Part shown: positions 38,976 through 49,023 of the stretch, in pieces | How positions within the stretch are numbered: the first letter of the stretch is position 1 | Layout: every line of letters starts with the position of its first letter | Assembly (NCBI GenBank): GCA_002389045.1 | Contig: DGNS01000009.1 | Span: forward strand, 381,975 to 445,974 | Origin: Thiotrichaceae bacterium UBA4486 | GTDB lineage: Bacteria; Pseudomonadota; Gammaproteobacteria; Eutrophobiales; Eutrophobiaceae | Reading direction: 5' to 3' | DNA length: 64,000 nucleotides | Notes under the pieces: model-generated | The model's database searches: none | What the model was told of the DNA's origin: nothing | The model's input: the letters and a program-made list of their open reading frames with translations, nothing else | Position numbers and translations under genes: made by a program

Positions 38976-39683
38976 TCAGATTCCCAGATAGGCCTTGCGG
39001 ACATGTTCATTATCCATCAGGCCTGAAGCCTCGCCTTCCAGGGCGATATTACCGGTCTCAAGAACGTAGCCATGCCGTGCCAGTTCGAGTGCCAGTTCGG
39101 CATTCTGTTCCACCAGAACGATAGATACGCCCTGTTTATTAATATCACGCAGTATACGTGCAATCTCCTGCACGATAACCGGCGCCAGACCCAGTGAAGG
39201 TTCATCAAGCAATAATAATTTCGGCCTGGACATCAGCGCCCGTCCAATAGCAACCATCTGCTGTTCACCGCCGCTCATGGTCCTGGCTGACTGATTTCTG
39301 CGCTCGCGTAATCTCGGAAAATGTTCGAAGACCATCTCCAGGTCCTGCTCGATACCGTTAACATCAACGCGTGTAAACGCACCCAGGCGGAGATTTTCGA
39401 TTACCGTCAAATCCTTGAAAACACGCCTTCCTTCCGGGACGTGGGCAATCCCGAGTTTGAGGATCCTGTCGGCAGATAACTGTTCTATGCGGTTTCCATC
39501 AAAGATAATCACACCGGCGCTGGGATGGTCCAGACCGGAAATCGTGCGTAGAGTTGTACTTTTACCGGCACCATTGGAGCCGATTAAGGTAACGAAATCA
39601 CCTTCCTCGACCTGAAGGGAAATACCCTTTAACGCCGCTACATGGCCATAATGAACATGAATATCCTTGACCTCCAGCAGCAT
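38976..39683 (-). CDS. ABC transporter ATP-binding protein, HAAT family (LivF/UrtE-like)
   Basis: GSNGAGKST Walker A, SGGEQQMVAIGRAL signature, LLLDEPS Walker B. Confidence 0.85.
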   Translation of the reverse strand: MLLEVKDIHVHYGHVAALKGISLQVEEGDFVTLIGSNGAGKSTTLRTISGLDHPSAGVIIFDGNRIEQLSADRILKLGIAHVPEGRRVFKDLTVIENLRLGAFTRVDVNGIEQDLEMVFEHFPRLRERRNQSARTMSGGEQQMVAIGRALMSRPKLLLLDEPSLGLAPVIVQEIARILRDINKQGVSIVLVEQNAELALELARHGYVLETGNIALEGEASGLMDNEHVRKAYLGI

Positions 39684-39684
39684 A

Positions 39685-40440
39685 TCAATTTGCCCCGCCG
39701 AGATAGGCTTCTATCACTTTATCATTGCTGCGAACTTCTTCAGGAGTTCCCTGCGCCAGCAGTTGCCCGAAATTCAGTACAGTCAGATAATTGCAAAGAC
39801 CCATAACCGCTTTCATATCGTGTTCTACCAGTACAATTGTAATACCGGACTCCCGTACCTTGCGTGTCAGCTCCATCATGTGATTGGTTTCCTCGGGATT
39901 CATTCCCGCGAAGGGCTCATCCATTAACATGAGTTTCGGTTCGGAAACAAGCGCAATCGAAATCGCCAATGCACGTTGTGAGCCCAATGGGAGTTCGGAG
40001 GCCAGTTGGTCCCTGCGTTCACTCAGGCCCATGAATTCCAGAACCTCCATAACCTTGTCTGCCGCCTGCCTCTGTTTTTGTTTGTCCAGGCCCAGAATGG
40101 CCGAAAAAAGATCGGTTCGCGCCCTGGTATGACATCCAACCAGCGCATTTTCAAATACCGTCATTTCCTGGAACAATGTTGTTTCCTGGAATGTCCTGAC
40201 AATCCCCATTTCGGCGATTTGATGCGGCTTCCTTCCGGAAATGGACTGTCCCTGGTAGTGAATGTCTCCGCTGGTTGGCTTGTAAAAGCCGGCAATGTTT
40301 TTAAACATGGTACTTTTGCCGGCACCATTGGGACCAATCAATCCCCGAATTTCACCCTCGTCAACATGAAAGCTGATGTTATCAAGAGCAGTAAGACCAC
40401 CAAACTGCTTGGTTACATTTTTAACTTCCAGTATTGGCAT
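39685..40440 (-). CDS. ABC transporter ATP-binding protein, HAAT family (LivG/UrtD-like)
   Basis: GPNGAGKST, ALAISIAL...LMLMDEPFAGMNPEE; 1-nt gap to the next ATPase gene. Confidence 0.85.
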   Translation of the reverse strand: MPILEVKNVTKQFGGLTALDNISFHVDEGEIRGLIGPNGAGKSTMFKNIAGFYKPTSGDIHYQGQSISGRKPHQIAEMGIVRTFQETTLFQEMTVFENALVGCHTRARTDLFSAILGLDKQKQRQAADKVMEVLEFMGLSERRDQLASELPLGSQRALAISIALVSEPKLMLMDEPFAGMNPEETNHMMELTRKVRESGITIVLVEHDMKAVMGLCNYLTVLNFGQLLAQGTPEEVRSNDKVIEAYLGGAN

Positions 40441-40457
40441 GATTATATTTTCAACAG

Positions 40458-41450
40458 CTATTCATCGGTTAACGGCGGCTCGACAACTTCAGAACCGATA
40501 AACCAGGCTTTAAGCTTGCCTGGAATACTTTCCAGTCCCAGTGGCAGGAACAATATTGACAGGATCAGAACAGCACCATAAATGGCCGGCCTTATTTCAT
40601 CAAATCCACGTATGGATTCATCGAACATGGTCAGTACAATGACACCGATTATGGGACCATAGAATTTGTTATAACCCCCGACGATTACCCATATCAGAAT
40701 GAAAACCATGAAGCCTATTCCATACTGATTCGGCGTTATCGTTCCGATATAATGAACCTTCAGCGCACCGGCGATACCCACGAAAAAAGATCCGGTAATG
40801 AACGCCAGGGCGCGGTAGCGCCAGGTATCGACACCCACTGACTCGGCCAGGGGCGCCTTCCAGTGCACCGAGTGCAGGGTCAGTCCCACTCTCGATTTTT
40901 CAATACGGTAGAGCAGAAAAAGACAAATCGATACCACGGTTAATGCCAGGTAGTAATAGGGAATCGGATCCATAAAATCTATATCACCAATCATTGGAGG
41001 GGATACACCACTCAGCCCGCCCGTGCCTCCGAACGGATCAAGAAACTGTATCCAGACCAGACGTATGGCCTCACCCGCCGCGAATGAACCAATCAGGAAA
41101 TAGAACTGCGTCATCCTCAGGAGGGGAAAACACAGTAGAGCGGCTACAGCAGCGGATAACAGTCCCGCTGTCGGCAATGTGAACCACATACCGAGTTCAT
41201 AGTTCAGAAACAACAAGGTTGCAGTGTAACCACCGACACCCATCATAACCGCATGTATCAGTGACCATTCACCGGTCAGTGTGACGAGACGGTAGCTTGC
41301 AACAACAAGCACGTTTATGGTCAGAAATATCAGCAAATCCTGGTGATGAAATTCCAGAAAATGGGGTACTATCAGCAGCACGATAAGGATAATAAGGCCG
41401 ACAATGGATCTGATTAGCATATTCATATCGTTATTCGCTGATCCTGACAC
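40458..41450 (-). CDS. ABC transporter permease, HAAT family (LivM/UrtC-like)
   Basis: 330 aa, multi-TM, branched-chain-amino-acid-permease-type topology. Confidence 0.8.
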   Translation of the reverse strand: MSGSANNDMNMLIRSIVGLIILIVLLIVPHFLEFHHQDLLIFLTINVLVVASYRLVTLTGEWSLIHAVMMGVGGYTATLLFLNYELGMWFTLPTAGLLSAAVAALLCFPLLRMTQFYFLIGSFAAGEAIRLVWIQFLDPFGGTGGLSGVSPPMIGDIDFMDPIPYYYLALTVVSICLFLLYRIEKSRVGLTLHSVHWKAPLAESVGVDTWRYRALAFITGSFFVGIAGALKVHYIGTITPNQYGIGFMVFILIWVIVGGYNKFYGPIIGVIVLTMFDESIRGFDEIRPAIYGAVLILSILFLPLGLESIPGKLKAWFIGSEVVEPPLTDE

Positions 41451-42300
41451 CCATGATGCCGGTGGGTTTGATAATCAATACAAGCACCATCAGTAGCAGG
41501 CCGCTGATTGTAGCTATTGTTCCACCAAAATAGACCGTCATGAAAGTATGGAACAGTGCGTAGAGGATGGCAGCCAGAACGGCCCCCGAGAGACTGCCTA
41601 CACCACCTACAATGGTAACAATGAAGGCAGTGATAATGACATTATGCCCCATATGTGGATTGATATTGGTCAGCGGCGCCATGAGAGCACCGGCCAGACC
41701 AGCCATTCCCGCACCAACACCAATGGCTATCATGGATATACGATTGATATTGATTCCCTGCAATGCCGATGCCTCCCTGTCCAGCGCCACGGCACGTAAT
41801 GCCCAGCCCAGTTTGGTGCGTGCCAGGAAATACCAGAGAGTAACCAGTGCCGCTACCGATATTACCAGGGCAAAGATCCGCTGATTGGGAATTCTCAGAA
41901 AATCGAACACAACCAGTGTTCCCTGAAAAACCGGTGGCACCTGCTTGGATGGCCCTTCTCCACCTATCAATGTAGCTATTACCTGGAGTATAAACAACAT
42001 ACCGATAGAACAGATCAGTCCGGCCAGTGGGTCATTACGCGTCGGTCTGAACAGAAATCGTTCCATCAAAAGACCAATCAGTGTTACCAGGACTACCGCG
42101 ACAACGACCGTTGGCAGATAACCCAGTCCTTGCTGGGCATGCAGATACCAGATTGTATAGGCCCCCGCCATAACCAGCTCGCCGTGGGCGAAATTTACTA
42201 CGCCCATCACTCCGAAAATCATCACCAGCCCGACAGCAAACAGGGCGTACAGGCCGCCCTGGATCAAACCGTTAATTATTGATTGGAGAATAAGCTCCAC
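41431..42300 (-). CDS. ABC transporter permease, HAAT family (LivH/UrtB-like)
   Basis: 289 aa multi-TM; 20-nt overlap with the downstream permease gene. Confidence 0.8.
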   Translation of the reverse strand: MELILQSIINGLIQGGLYALFAVGLVMIFGVMGVVNFAHGELVMAGAYTIWYLHAQQGLGYLPTVVVAVVLVTLIGLLMERFLFRPTRNDPLAGLICSIGMLFILQVIATLIGGEGPSKQVPPVFQGTLVVFDFLRIPNQRIFALVISVAALVTLWYFLARTKLGWALRAVALDREASALQGININRISMIAIGVGAGMAGLAGALMAPLTNINPHMGHNVIITAFIVTIVGGVGSLSGAVLAAILYALFHTFMTVYFGGTIATISGLLLMVLVLIIKPTGIMGVRISE

Positions 42301-42459
42301 AAATACTCCCCTTGCAGATATTGACTGGACAGTTGTGCATGTTGTGCATGTTGTGTGTCAGGTAACCAACCGCGGTCATCGACGGGCCGCTAATCCGCTA
42401 AATACAGGAAGGGATTTAACCCCTTCCTGTATTGTTTCGATTTACCGGCCTGTTACTGA

Positions 42460-43725
42460 TTAAACAGTACGCAGACCAAGTTCCTTCATATGTTTGATGA
42501 GCACATCCTTGTTTTTATCAAGCCAGCCACTGACGCTGCGGTACTCCCTGATACGAGCCTTGCCATCTTCTACGACGACGACCGGCCAACGGCCAACAGC
42601 TGCGTTATCAAGGCCCCAGAGCTGGCTTCCCCACCACTGGCCCTCACCGAATATGAATACCGGATCGCTGGACTTGAGCGATTTCAGTACCTCGGTGGGT
42701 TCAACAGTGCCGGCCGCTTTGGCACCTTCGAGCCAGTTCAGCAAAATAGCGGGGTATTCCCAGGCCACGGCTGACCAGTCATTGGGATGATCTTTTCTGA
42801 ACTTGGCGTCGAAATCTCCCGGGTTGGGGAAATTGATACCTTCCTGGTTTAACGCCGGATCATCAAAATCCGGGAACTGGAAGATAGTGCCGTTAACAAA
42901 TTCCTTGCTGGTCTTGGCAATAATTTCATCATAATAGTCCAGTGTGCAGGATATAATCTTGCCCTTGAAGCCCTGATGATATAACTGTTCCATCAATGGT
43001 GTAACGTAGAAACTGGTTGCCATGCAGAAGATGTCAGGATTTTTAGCCAATACGGAACTGACAATCGGCGCAAAATCAGTGATGTCAAAACCATGCAGGT
43101 TGACATCAATGACATCGATACCTGCCACCTCGAAAGCCGCCTTGTAGGTTGCCGCGGATTGCAGGCCATATTCTGCATCGTTATTGGTTACGATTGCGGC
43201 TGTTTTGGCTTCAGGATAATTTTCCGCCAGCCACTCCACTCCTGTGACGTTATACAATGGGTGCGATTCGCATGTAGCGATCAGATATTCCGAATCCGGG
43301 GTAATGTCGCTCGGCAACAGGGTGGTGGTCAGCATTTTTTTACGTTGCGCCCATGGCAATACGGATGCCACGGTAGACCCGCCCAGCATCATTACCATTT
43401 TTACATCGTCCTGCAGAACGAGTTTCTTGTATCCCTGTACGGCTTTTTCAGTATCATATGCATGGTCGAAGGCGACCATTTCAATCATGTAATTTTCACC
43501 GCCAATTTCAACACCGCCGGCAGCATTCAGATCGTCCGCGATGATCTGGCAACCATAAAGGCCCGGTAAACCCCAGGGAGCGTAATCGCCGGTCATTGGA
43601 ATATTCATTCCAATCTTGACTGTCTTTTGCTTGGCGGCGAACAAACGGCCCGGGAAACTTGCAGTACCTGCGACTACTGCGCCGGCAGCGGTTGCACGTA
43701 ACAGATCTCTTCTAGTCATACCCAT
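42460..43725 (-). CDS. periplasmic substrate-binding protein, HAAT family (UrtA/FmdD-like), Tat-exported
   Basis: twin-arginine signal MGMTRRDLLRATAAGAVVAG...AAKQ; 421 aa, the size of urea/amide-type rather than LivK-type binders. First gene of the A-B-C-D-E ordered operon. Confidence 0.8.
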   Translation of the reverse strand: MGMTRRDLLRATAAGAVVAGTASFPGRLFAAKQKTVKIGMNIPMTGDYAPWGLPGLYGCQIIADDLNAAGGVEIGGENYMIEMVAFDHAYDTEKAVQGYKKLVLQDDVKMVMMLGGSTVASVLPWAQRKKMLTTTLLPSDITPDSEYLIATCESHPLYNVTGVEWLAENYPEAKTAAIVTNNDAEYGLQSAATYKAAFEVAGIDVIDVNLHGFDITDFAPIVSSVLAKNPDIFCMATSFYVTPLMEQLYHQGFKGKIISCTLDYYDEIIAKTSKEFVNGTIFQFPDFDDPALNQEGINFPNPGDFDAKFRKDHPNDWSAVAWEYPAILLNWLEGAKAAGTVEPTEVLKSLKSSDPVFIFGEGQWWGSQLWGLDNAAVGRWPVVVVEDGKARIREYRSVSGWLDKNKDVLIKHMKELGLRTV

Positions 43726-44050
43726 GGTACAATCCTCCTCAGAATTGAACTTAAATTAGTGTCAATCAGAACGTATTAGTTATCTGAAACAATCATTAAT
43801 AATTATAACCGTACGCTACAACCATTCTTCTGACCTCGCCTGTATACGTCAATTCCTACTGAGGAGTATCACGGAAGTCATACGTAATACTACGTAGTCG
43901 AAATAATACGCTCAAAACCCGGGATATCACATCATATCTCATTGTTTTAAAAGGCAATATCAGCACAATTATCTTCAATAAAAACTGCCGGGGCGATACT
44001 TCAGGAATACCGGCATAACAGGTTCTCAGGGTACACAATAGCACAATGCA

Positions 44051-44776
44051 TCATATCGCAGCTTCACGGAATCCTTGCCTTGCGTTTATGAGTTGCGATA
44101 GTGAATTTATTTCCGTATCAGGCCTGGGTAAATGTTGCGGATAAGTCCTGTTATTCCTGTTCAGCCAGACACTGTATACACCCGTTCCGGAAGCACCGAG
44201 AACATCCGTTTCGGGTTCATCACCGATGTGCATGACAGCATCCGAACCGATACTGTATTTTCTGAATATGCCATAAAACATTACCGGGTCCGGTTTTGAA
44301 GTACCCGCATCAGCGGGTGATATAACCATATCGAAATAATGACCGATGCCAATACTGTTGACATCGGCATTGCCATTACTCATTGCCACGAGATGGTATT
44401 TTCCACTGACCTGTTGCAGAAAAGGGATGACATCATCGTATAAAACAACATTATTTCTCGCCCGTAGAAAAACATTCATTGCACAGGTGGCACAGGCTTT
44501 TTCGTATCCGGACTCCTGACAAATTATTGTCAGTGATTCATGGCGCAACCTGGTCATATCGTGGCTGATTTCCGGCATTTCGGCAGCCAGTTTTTTTCGA
44601 TGTTTTTTCAGCCCCTGAATTGTATACCTCTCAGCAATGACTGGTAATTCCTTTTGCAACCACAAATACAGGGTATTTTCCGCATACTCCAGTACAGGAA
44701 CGTTATCCCAGAGAGTATCATCCAGATCCAGGCTGATAACGGATACTTTTTCGGCAAATTGAGGAACCAGCGACAT
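44051..44776 (-). CDS. HAD-superfamily hydrolase (subfamily IA)
   Basis: LDLDDTLWD motif I, VAMSNG motif II, GDEPETDVLGA motif IV; start overlaps folE2 stop (ATGA). Confidence 0.8.
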   Translation of the reverse strand: MSLVPQFAEKVSVISLDLDDTLWDNVPVLEYAENTLYLWLQKELPVIAERYTIQGLKKHRKKLAAEMPEISHDMTRLRHESLTIICQESGYEKACATCAMNVFLRARNNVVLYDDVIPFLQQVSGKYHLVAMSNGNADVNSIGIGHYFDMVISPADAGTSKPDPVMFYGIFRKYSIGSDAVMHIGDEPETDVLGASGTGVYSVWLNRNNRTYPQHLPRPDTEINSLSQLINARQGFREAAI

Positions 44777-45594
44777 CAGCGAGACGAATTCAACTGATCT
44801 ATCATTGCGTATGCAGAATGATTGTGTATCGATTCGAAATTTTCGGTTTCTACAACAAAGCCGGTAATTCTCTCATCATTCTGCAGGCAAAGTGCTATAT
44901 CGCGAACCATATCTTCCACAAACTTCGGATTTTGATATGCGTGTTCGGTCAGATATTTTTCATCCTCTCTTTTAACCAGTCCATAAACCTCGGCCGAAGC
45001 ATTTTTCTCAGCGATCTCGATTATTTCCTCGATCATCATGGTCTGGCTGCTTTGAACGGTAATGGTAATCAGCGAGCGTTGATTATGAGCACCAAAATCC
45101 GATATTTTTTTGGAACACGGACATAAACTGGTGGCGGGCACTTCAACCTTGACCTGAATATCCGTTTTGCCGTCCGCATAATCACCGGCAAGATATACAT
45201 GGTAATCCATGGCTGATCTGATACCGGAGACAGGCGCATTCTTCCATTTAAAATAGGTAAAATCGATTTCAATCCTGCTGCTGTCTGCATCCAGGATTTT
45301 TGCTACTGTTTCAGGTAATTGCCGGAAATTATCAACACTGAGATCCTGGTTGTTTTCATTCATCAAGGAAATAAACCGCGACATATGCGTGCCGCGCTGA
45401 TCGGCAGACAAGCTTACATACAGATTGCAGGTTGCCCGTGTCTGCTGGCTGCCCTCTTTGTCCGTGAATATCACCGGATAGGTCAAATCCTTTATCCCGA
45501 CCTTCTGTATCGGCAGGCGTCTCTGGTCTGCGTCTGCCTGTACGTCAATGAGTTGCTTGACATATTGACAGTCTATCTTCAGTACCGCTGTCAT
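44776..45594 (-). CDS. folE2: GTP cyclohydrolase I type 2 (FolE2/MptA family)
   Basis: SLCPCSKKISDFGAHNQRS metal-site motif, 272 aa. Confidence 0.8.
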   Translation of the reverse strand: MTAVLKIDCQYVKQLIDVQADADQRRLPIQKVGIKDLTYPVIFTDKEGSQQTRATCNLYVSLSADQRGTHMSRFISLMNENNQDLSVDNFRQLPETVAKILDADSSRIEIDFTYFKWKNAPVSGIRSAMDYHVYLAGDYADGKTDIQVKVEVPATSLCPCSKKISDFGAHNQRSLITITVQSSQTMMIEEIIEIAEKNASAEVYGLVKREDEKYLTEHAYQNPKFVEDMVRDIALCLQNDERITGFVVETENFESIHNHSAYAMIDQLNSSR

Positions 45595-45878
45595 AATTCA
45601 GTACTCCTGTTCAAAATACAACCATATCAATACGCTAATTATGAATTCGTTAATGTGAGGCGCATATATCTATTTGGATATACCTAATCAGAAAGCATGG
45701 ATGATATGTCCGGTAATTTGACATGCATTGACGGCTCCCGGCACCGGATTTTGCCGGATGCATTATGATTTTATGTCGGTATCAGAATCTGCTGACAACC
45801 CGGTAACCATGACAGTTTTTTTACCGGCTCATGAATATGAATAGCTGAAATTACAGATCTCGGATATTTTCATATAAT

Positions 45879-46841
45879 CTATTCAAAATGTCCCGGCAGC
45901 TCCTCGGCTATATCGAAAATATCGGCAACTATTCCGTATTTTGCAATACTGAAAATTGAGGCTTCGGGATCCGTGTTGACAGCGATAATATTCTCTACAT
46001 GCTTCATTCCCGCCTGATGCTGAACAGAGCCTGATATCCCCATTGCAATATACAATTTACAATTGCTTACGGTTTTACCGGACTGTCCTACCTGTCGTGA
46101 TTTCGGCAACCAGCCGCTGTCTGCAATAGGCCGCGAGCAACCCAGGGTTGCACCGACGGCGTCAGCCAGCTCCTCGAATTGCTCAACATTACTCTCTTCA
46201 CTGATACCTCGACCTATGGAAAGCAAAAATTCAGATTGTGTAATATCGATATCGCCTGTATCTTCAGGTTCGATGAATTGTTTATGCTGACTTCTTGCCT
46301 GGACTTCCGGACAATTGAAACTCGATACCGTCGGCTCGGCTTTTTCCTCTTCCGGTTTGAAGACTCCCCCTCGAACTGTCAAAGCAATGGTTTCCTTACC
46401 CGGGAAATCGACATCCATATATACTTTTTCCTTGTATGCGGCCCTTGTTGCAACAAGTTCTCCGTCTTCATATCGTATACCGAATACATCGGTAGAAAAT
46501 CCGTATTCACCTCCGGCACCAAGAGCAGGCGCGTAACCCCATGCATCCACAGAATGTGGAATCAGGACAAGGGAGGGTTTTTTATCTTCTATCAGGCCTC
46601 GTACACAAGCTTCATAAATATCCGGCTGGAATTCATCCTGATCAACCTGGACAGTAATAATTTCATCTACACCACGTACACCAAGATCCTCTACATACCT
46701 GTCAGGCTCTTTACCGATTACAGCAACCATAACGGTGCCATCACTCTGTTCCTTCAGCCCTGTGGCCGCAGTTACAAGTTCAAATGTAGCAGGCCGAATT
46801 TCGCCTTGCCGGTGTTCGGCAATAACCAGTATGCCACTCAT
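45879..46841 (-). CDS. etfA: electron transfer flavoprotein alpha subunit
   Basis: MSGILVIAEHRQGEIRPATFELVTAA N-terminus; C-terminal FAD-binding region SGSVQHQAGMKHVENIIAVNTDPEASIF. Confidence 0.85.
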   Translation of the reverse strand: MSGILVIAEHRQGEIRPATFELVTAATGLKEQSDGTVMVAVIGKEPDRYVEDLGVRGVDEIITVQVDQDEFQPDIYEACVRGLIEDKKPSLVLIPHSVDAWGYAPALGAGGEYGFSTDVFGIRYEDGELVATRAAYKEKVYMDVDFPGKETIALTVRGGVFKPEEEKAEPTVSSFNCPEVQARSQHKQFIEPEDTGDIDITQSEFLLSIGRGISEESNVEQFEELADAVGATLGCSRPIADSGWLPKSRQVGQSGKTVSNCKLYIAMGISGSVQHQAGMKHVENIIAVNTDPEASIFSIAKYGIVADIFDIAEELPGHFE

Positions 46842-46843
46842 AT

Positions 46844-47638
46844 TTATACTCCTCTGAATTCTTTGATTATTTCAGCCAGTCGTTTAGCCTGCTCGGCGGA
46901 CGTACCCTCTATAAGCTCCGCATGTCCTCTTTCCGGAATATACATTTTACGAATACGGGAAACACTGCCGGCTTCACCAACATCATTATCATTGAGACCC
47001 AGGTCTGTATGGGAGAGATCCTCAACAGGTTTTGCCGCTGCCTGTTTTATACCACGCAATGAGGCATAACGAGGCTCGTTGATTCCCAACTGTATACTCA
47101 GCACGGCAGGGCAATCGATCGCGATCTCCTCCTCCAGTCCCGCCTCCAGTTCACGCTTCAGGGTGGCATGATTATCACCGGAGTTATAATCAAGGCTGGA
47201 AACGACCGCGGCATGTGGCCAGCCGAGCATGGCCGCAACCGTCATACCGGTCTGGGCAAAAGCGTGATCTGACGCCTGAACACCGAGAAACACCATATCC
47301 GGCGCTTCCTTTTCCACTACGCAGGCTATTATCCTGGCTATTGCGACCTGGTCGGAACCTTCTATTGCATCATCCCAGACCCGTATACCTCTGTCAGCGC
47401 CTTTTGCGAGACACTTGCGTAACTCATCCTCCGATTGCTCGGGCCCAACAGTCAATACTACAACCTCGCTTTCACTATTTGACCTTTCCTTGATCAGCAA
47501 GGCTTCCTCAAGCGAGTAATCATCCCATTCATTGATTTCATAATCACAAAAATCATGATCAACATCTCTGCCGTCATCGAGCATCTCGAACTCATCATCG
47601 AGTATGGCTACCTGTTTAATAGCAACGAGTATCTTCAT
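46844..47638 (-). CDS. etfB: electron transfer flavoprotein beta subunit
   Basis: MKILVAIKQV N-terminus, ETF-beta fold, 264 aa; 2 nt upstream of etfA. Confidence 0.85.
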   Translation of the reverse strand: MKILVAIKQVAILDDEFEMLDDGRDVDHDFCDYEINEWDDYSLEEALLIKERSNSESEVVVLTVGPEQSEDELRKCLAKGADRGIRVWDDAIEGSDQVAIARIIACVVEKEAPDMVFLGVQASDHAFAQTGMTVAAMLGWPHAAVVSSLDYNSGDNHATLKRELEAGLEEEIAIDCPAVLSIQLGINEPRYASLRGIKQAAAKPVEDLSHTDLGLNDNDVGEAGSVSRIRKMYIPERGHAELIEGTSAEQAKRLAEIIKEFRGV

Positions 47639-49017
47639 TATCTACACTCCAAATTGGTCTGATTAACCATTTGCATGGCCAGAGCACGAACTGCACTGAA
47701 TCTTACTTCCTGGTCAGGATCGTTTGCCAACTGCCATCTGATCCGTCTGTCACAGCACTGTCGACTCGCCAGGATAATCCTGTTAAGAGGGTAAGGGTCC
47801 TCTACTAATAAATTAAGTACCTCCACGGTAACGCCGGTATTCAGAATCACCGAACGTCTTATATCCTTATTATCACTGAGAGCAAGGCGTTTCAGTATAT
47901 GCACGGGTGTATTCGGATTTCTGCCAATAGCCGACTGGATATCAATATCTTCCTCTTCAGACAACTGTAACAGCAATTCAGCCGGCAAATCATCTCGCAA
48001 TGCCACACCAGCTTTTACCCATGGCGATGGATCGCGTGCCAGTATTTTCAGCAAATAAACCGGGCAGGATTTATTTCTTGAGACTGAACGTCTTACGTAT
48101 AGATTTTCATCCTCCACCAGCTTTTGCAATATATCTTCGGGAGTAGTCGGATTTCCCGCGGTCCAGCGCCGGACCCACGCATCACGGTCTTCAGCAAGTT
48201 TATTGATCACTTCCCGTGCCAGACCTTCTCGTCTGGCTTCATGTCGACGTACATAATCAGAAGGGTCATCACTAAGACGATGTTCCTGTTCCACGGAAAT
48301 TTCCTGATTACGGACCACTGCCGCACGAACCTTTGGCGATTTATCCAGCAGAAGTCTATACAAAACCTTTGTTGATAATGCAGGATTCTCTGCCAGTTTT
48401 TGCCTGACAATCACCTCATCACTGGCAACGGCCCTGTCAACCAGTTCTTCAGGGAATGCACCATGAGAAGCTACCTCAGCCTTCACATATGCATCACCGG
48501 TATTCCATAACATTTGCAGCAACTCTTTATCAAGATTCGGATTTCCGGCAATCATTTTTTTTTCGGTTACCGTACAAATATCCAGAATTTCCCTGATCAC
48601 ATTCAATGGCGTATTCGCATTTCCGCATAAAGCCTTTCGTAATGAATCCGATTCCCGCCAGTTTATCTGTTCAAGTATTTTCCCGGGTGTATTTGCATGA
48701 CCGGCAATCAGAATTCTCATTCTGGCCGTACATTTTCCGGAAAAGATCCCGGCCAGGGTTTCGGAGCCCGTATTCGGATGCTTCAATATCCTGATGCGTA
48801 ACTGCTTGTCGTCATCCACCGACAGCCTGTCAAGCACTGAGCCCGGTGTATAATGAGCGCTTGCGAACACGTATTTCAGACGCCGGCTTGCAAACATCTG
48901 CTGTTCAAGCTTTACCCGGATTTTGTCATCCACATAAGGATGCAGAGCCAATGCACCATAGGGGTCTGATTGTTCAACAACCCCGTTCACCAGATCATCA
49001 AGCGTTTGCGGGAGCAC
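47638..49017 (-). CDS. leucine-rich-repeat-variant (LRV) repeat protein
   Basis: about 12 tandem ~24-aa units of the form (A/T)GNP(N/T)TP..(L/I)..L..D.(D/S)..VR..V..N. Confidence 0.7.
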   Translation of the reverse strand: MLPQTLDDLVNGVVEQSDPYGALALHPYVDDKIRVKLEQQMFASRRLKYVFASAHYTPGSVLDRLSVDDDKQLRIRILKHPNTGSETLAGIFSGKCTARMRILIAGHANTPGKILEQINWRESDSLRKALCGNANTPLNVIREILDICTVTEKKMIAGNPNLDKELLQMLWNTGDAYVKAEVASHGAFPEELVDRAVASDEVIVRQKLAENPALSTKVLYRLLLDKSPKVRAAVVRNQEISVEQEHRLSDDPSDYVRRHEARREGLAREVINKLAEDRDAWVRRWTAGNPTTPEDILQKLVEDENLYVRRSVSRNKSCPVYLLKILARDPSPWVKAGVALRDDLPAELLLQLSEEEDIDIQSAIGRNPNTPVHILKRLALSDNKDIRRSVILNTGVTVEVLNLLVEDPYPLNRIILASRQCCDRRIRWQLANDPDQEVRFSAVRALAMQMVNQTNLECR

Positions 49018-49023
49018 TTTGGG

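Noticed and set aside
45737-45760. sigma-54-like -24/-12 element (GGCAC-N5-TTTGC) in the folE2-etfA intergenic region
   Set aside because: Spacing is off by one from TGGCACG-N4-TTGC. It lies on the + strand, whereas both flanking genes are on the - strand, so it would drive nothing.
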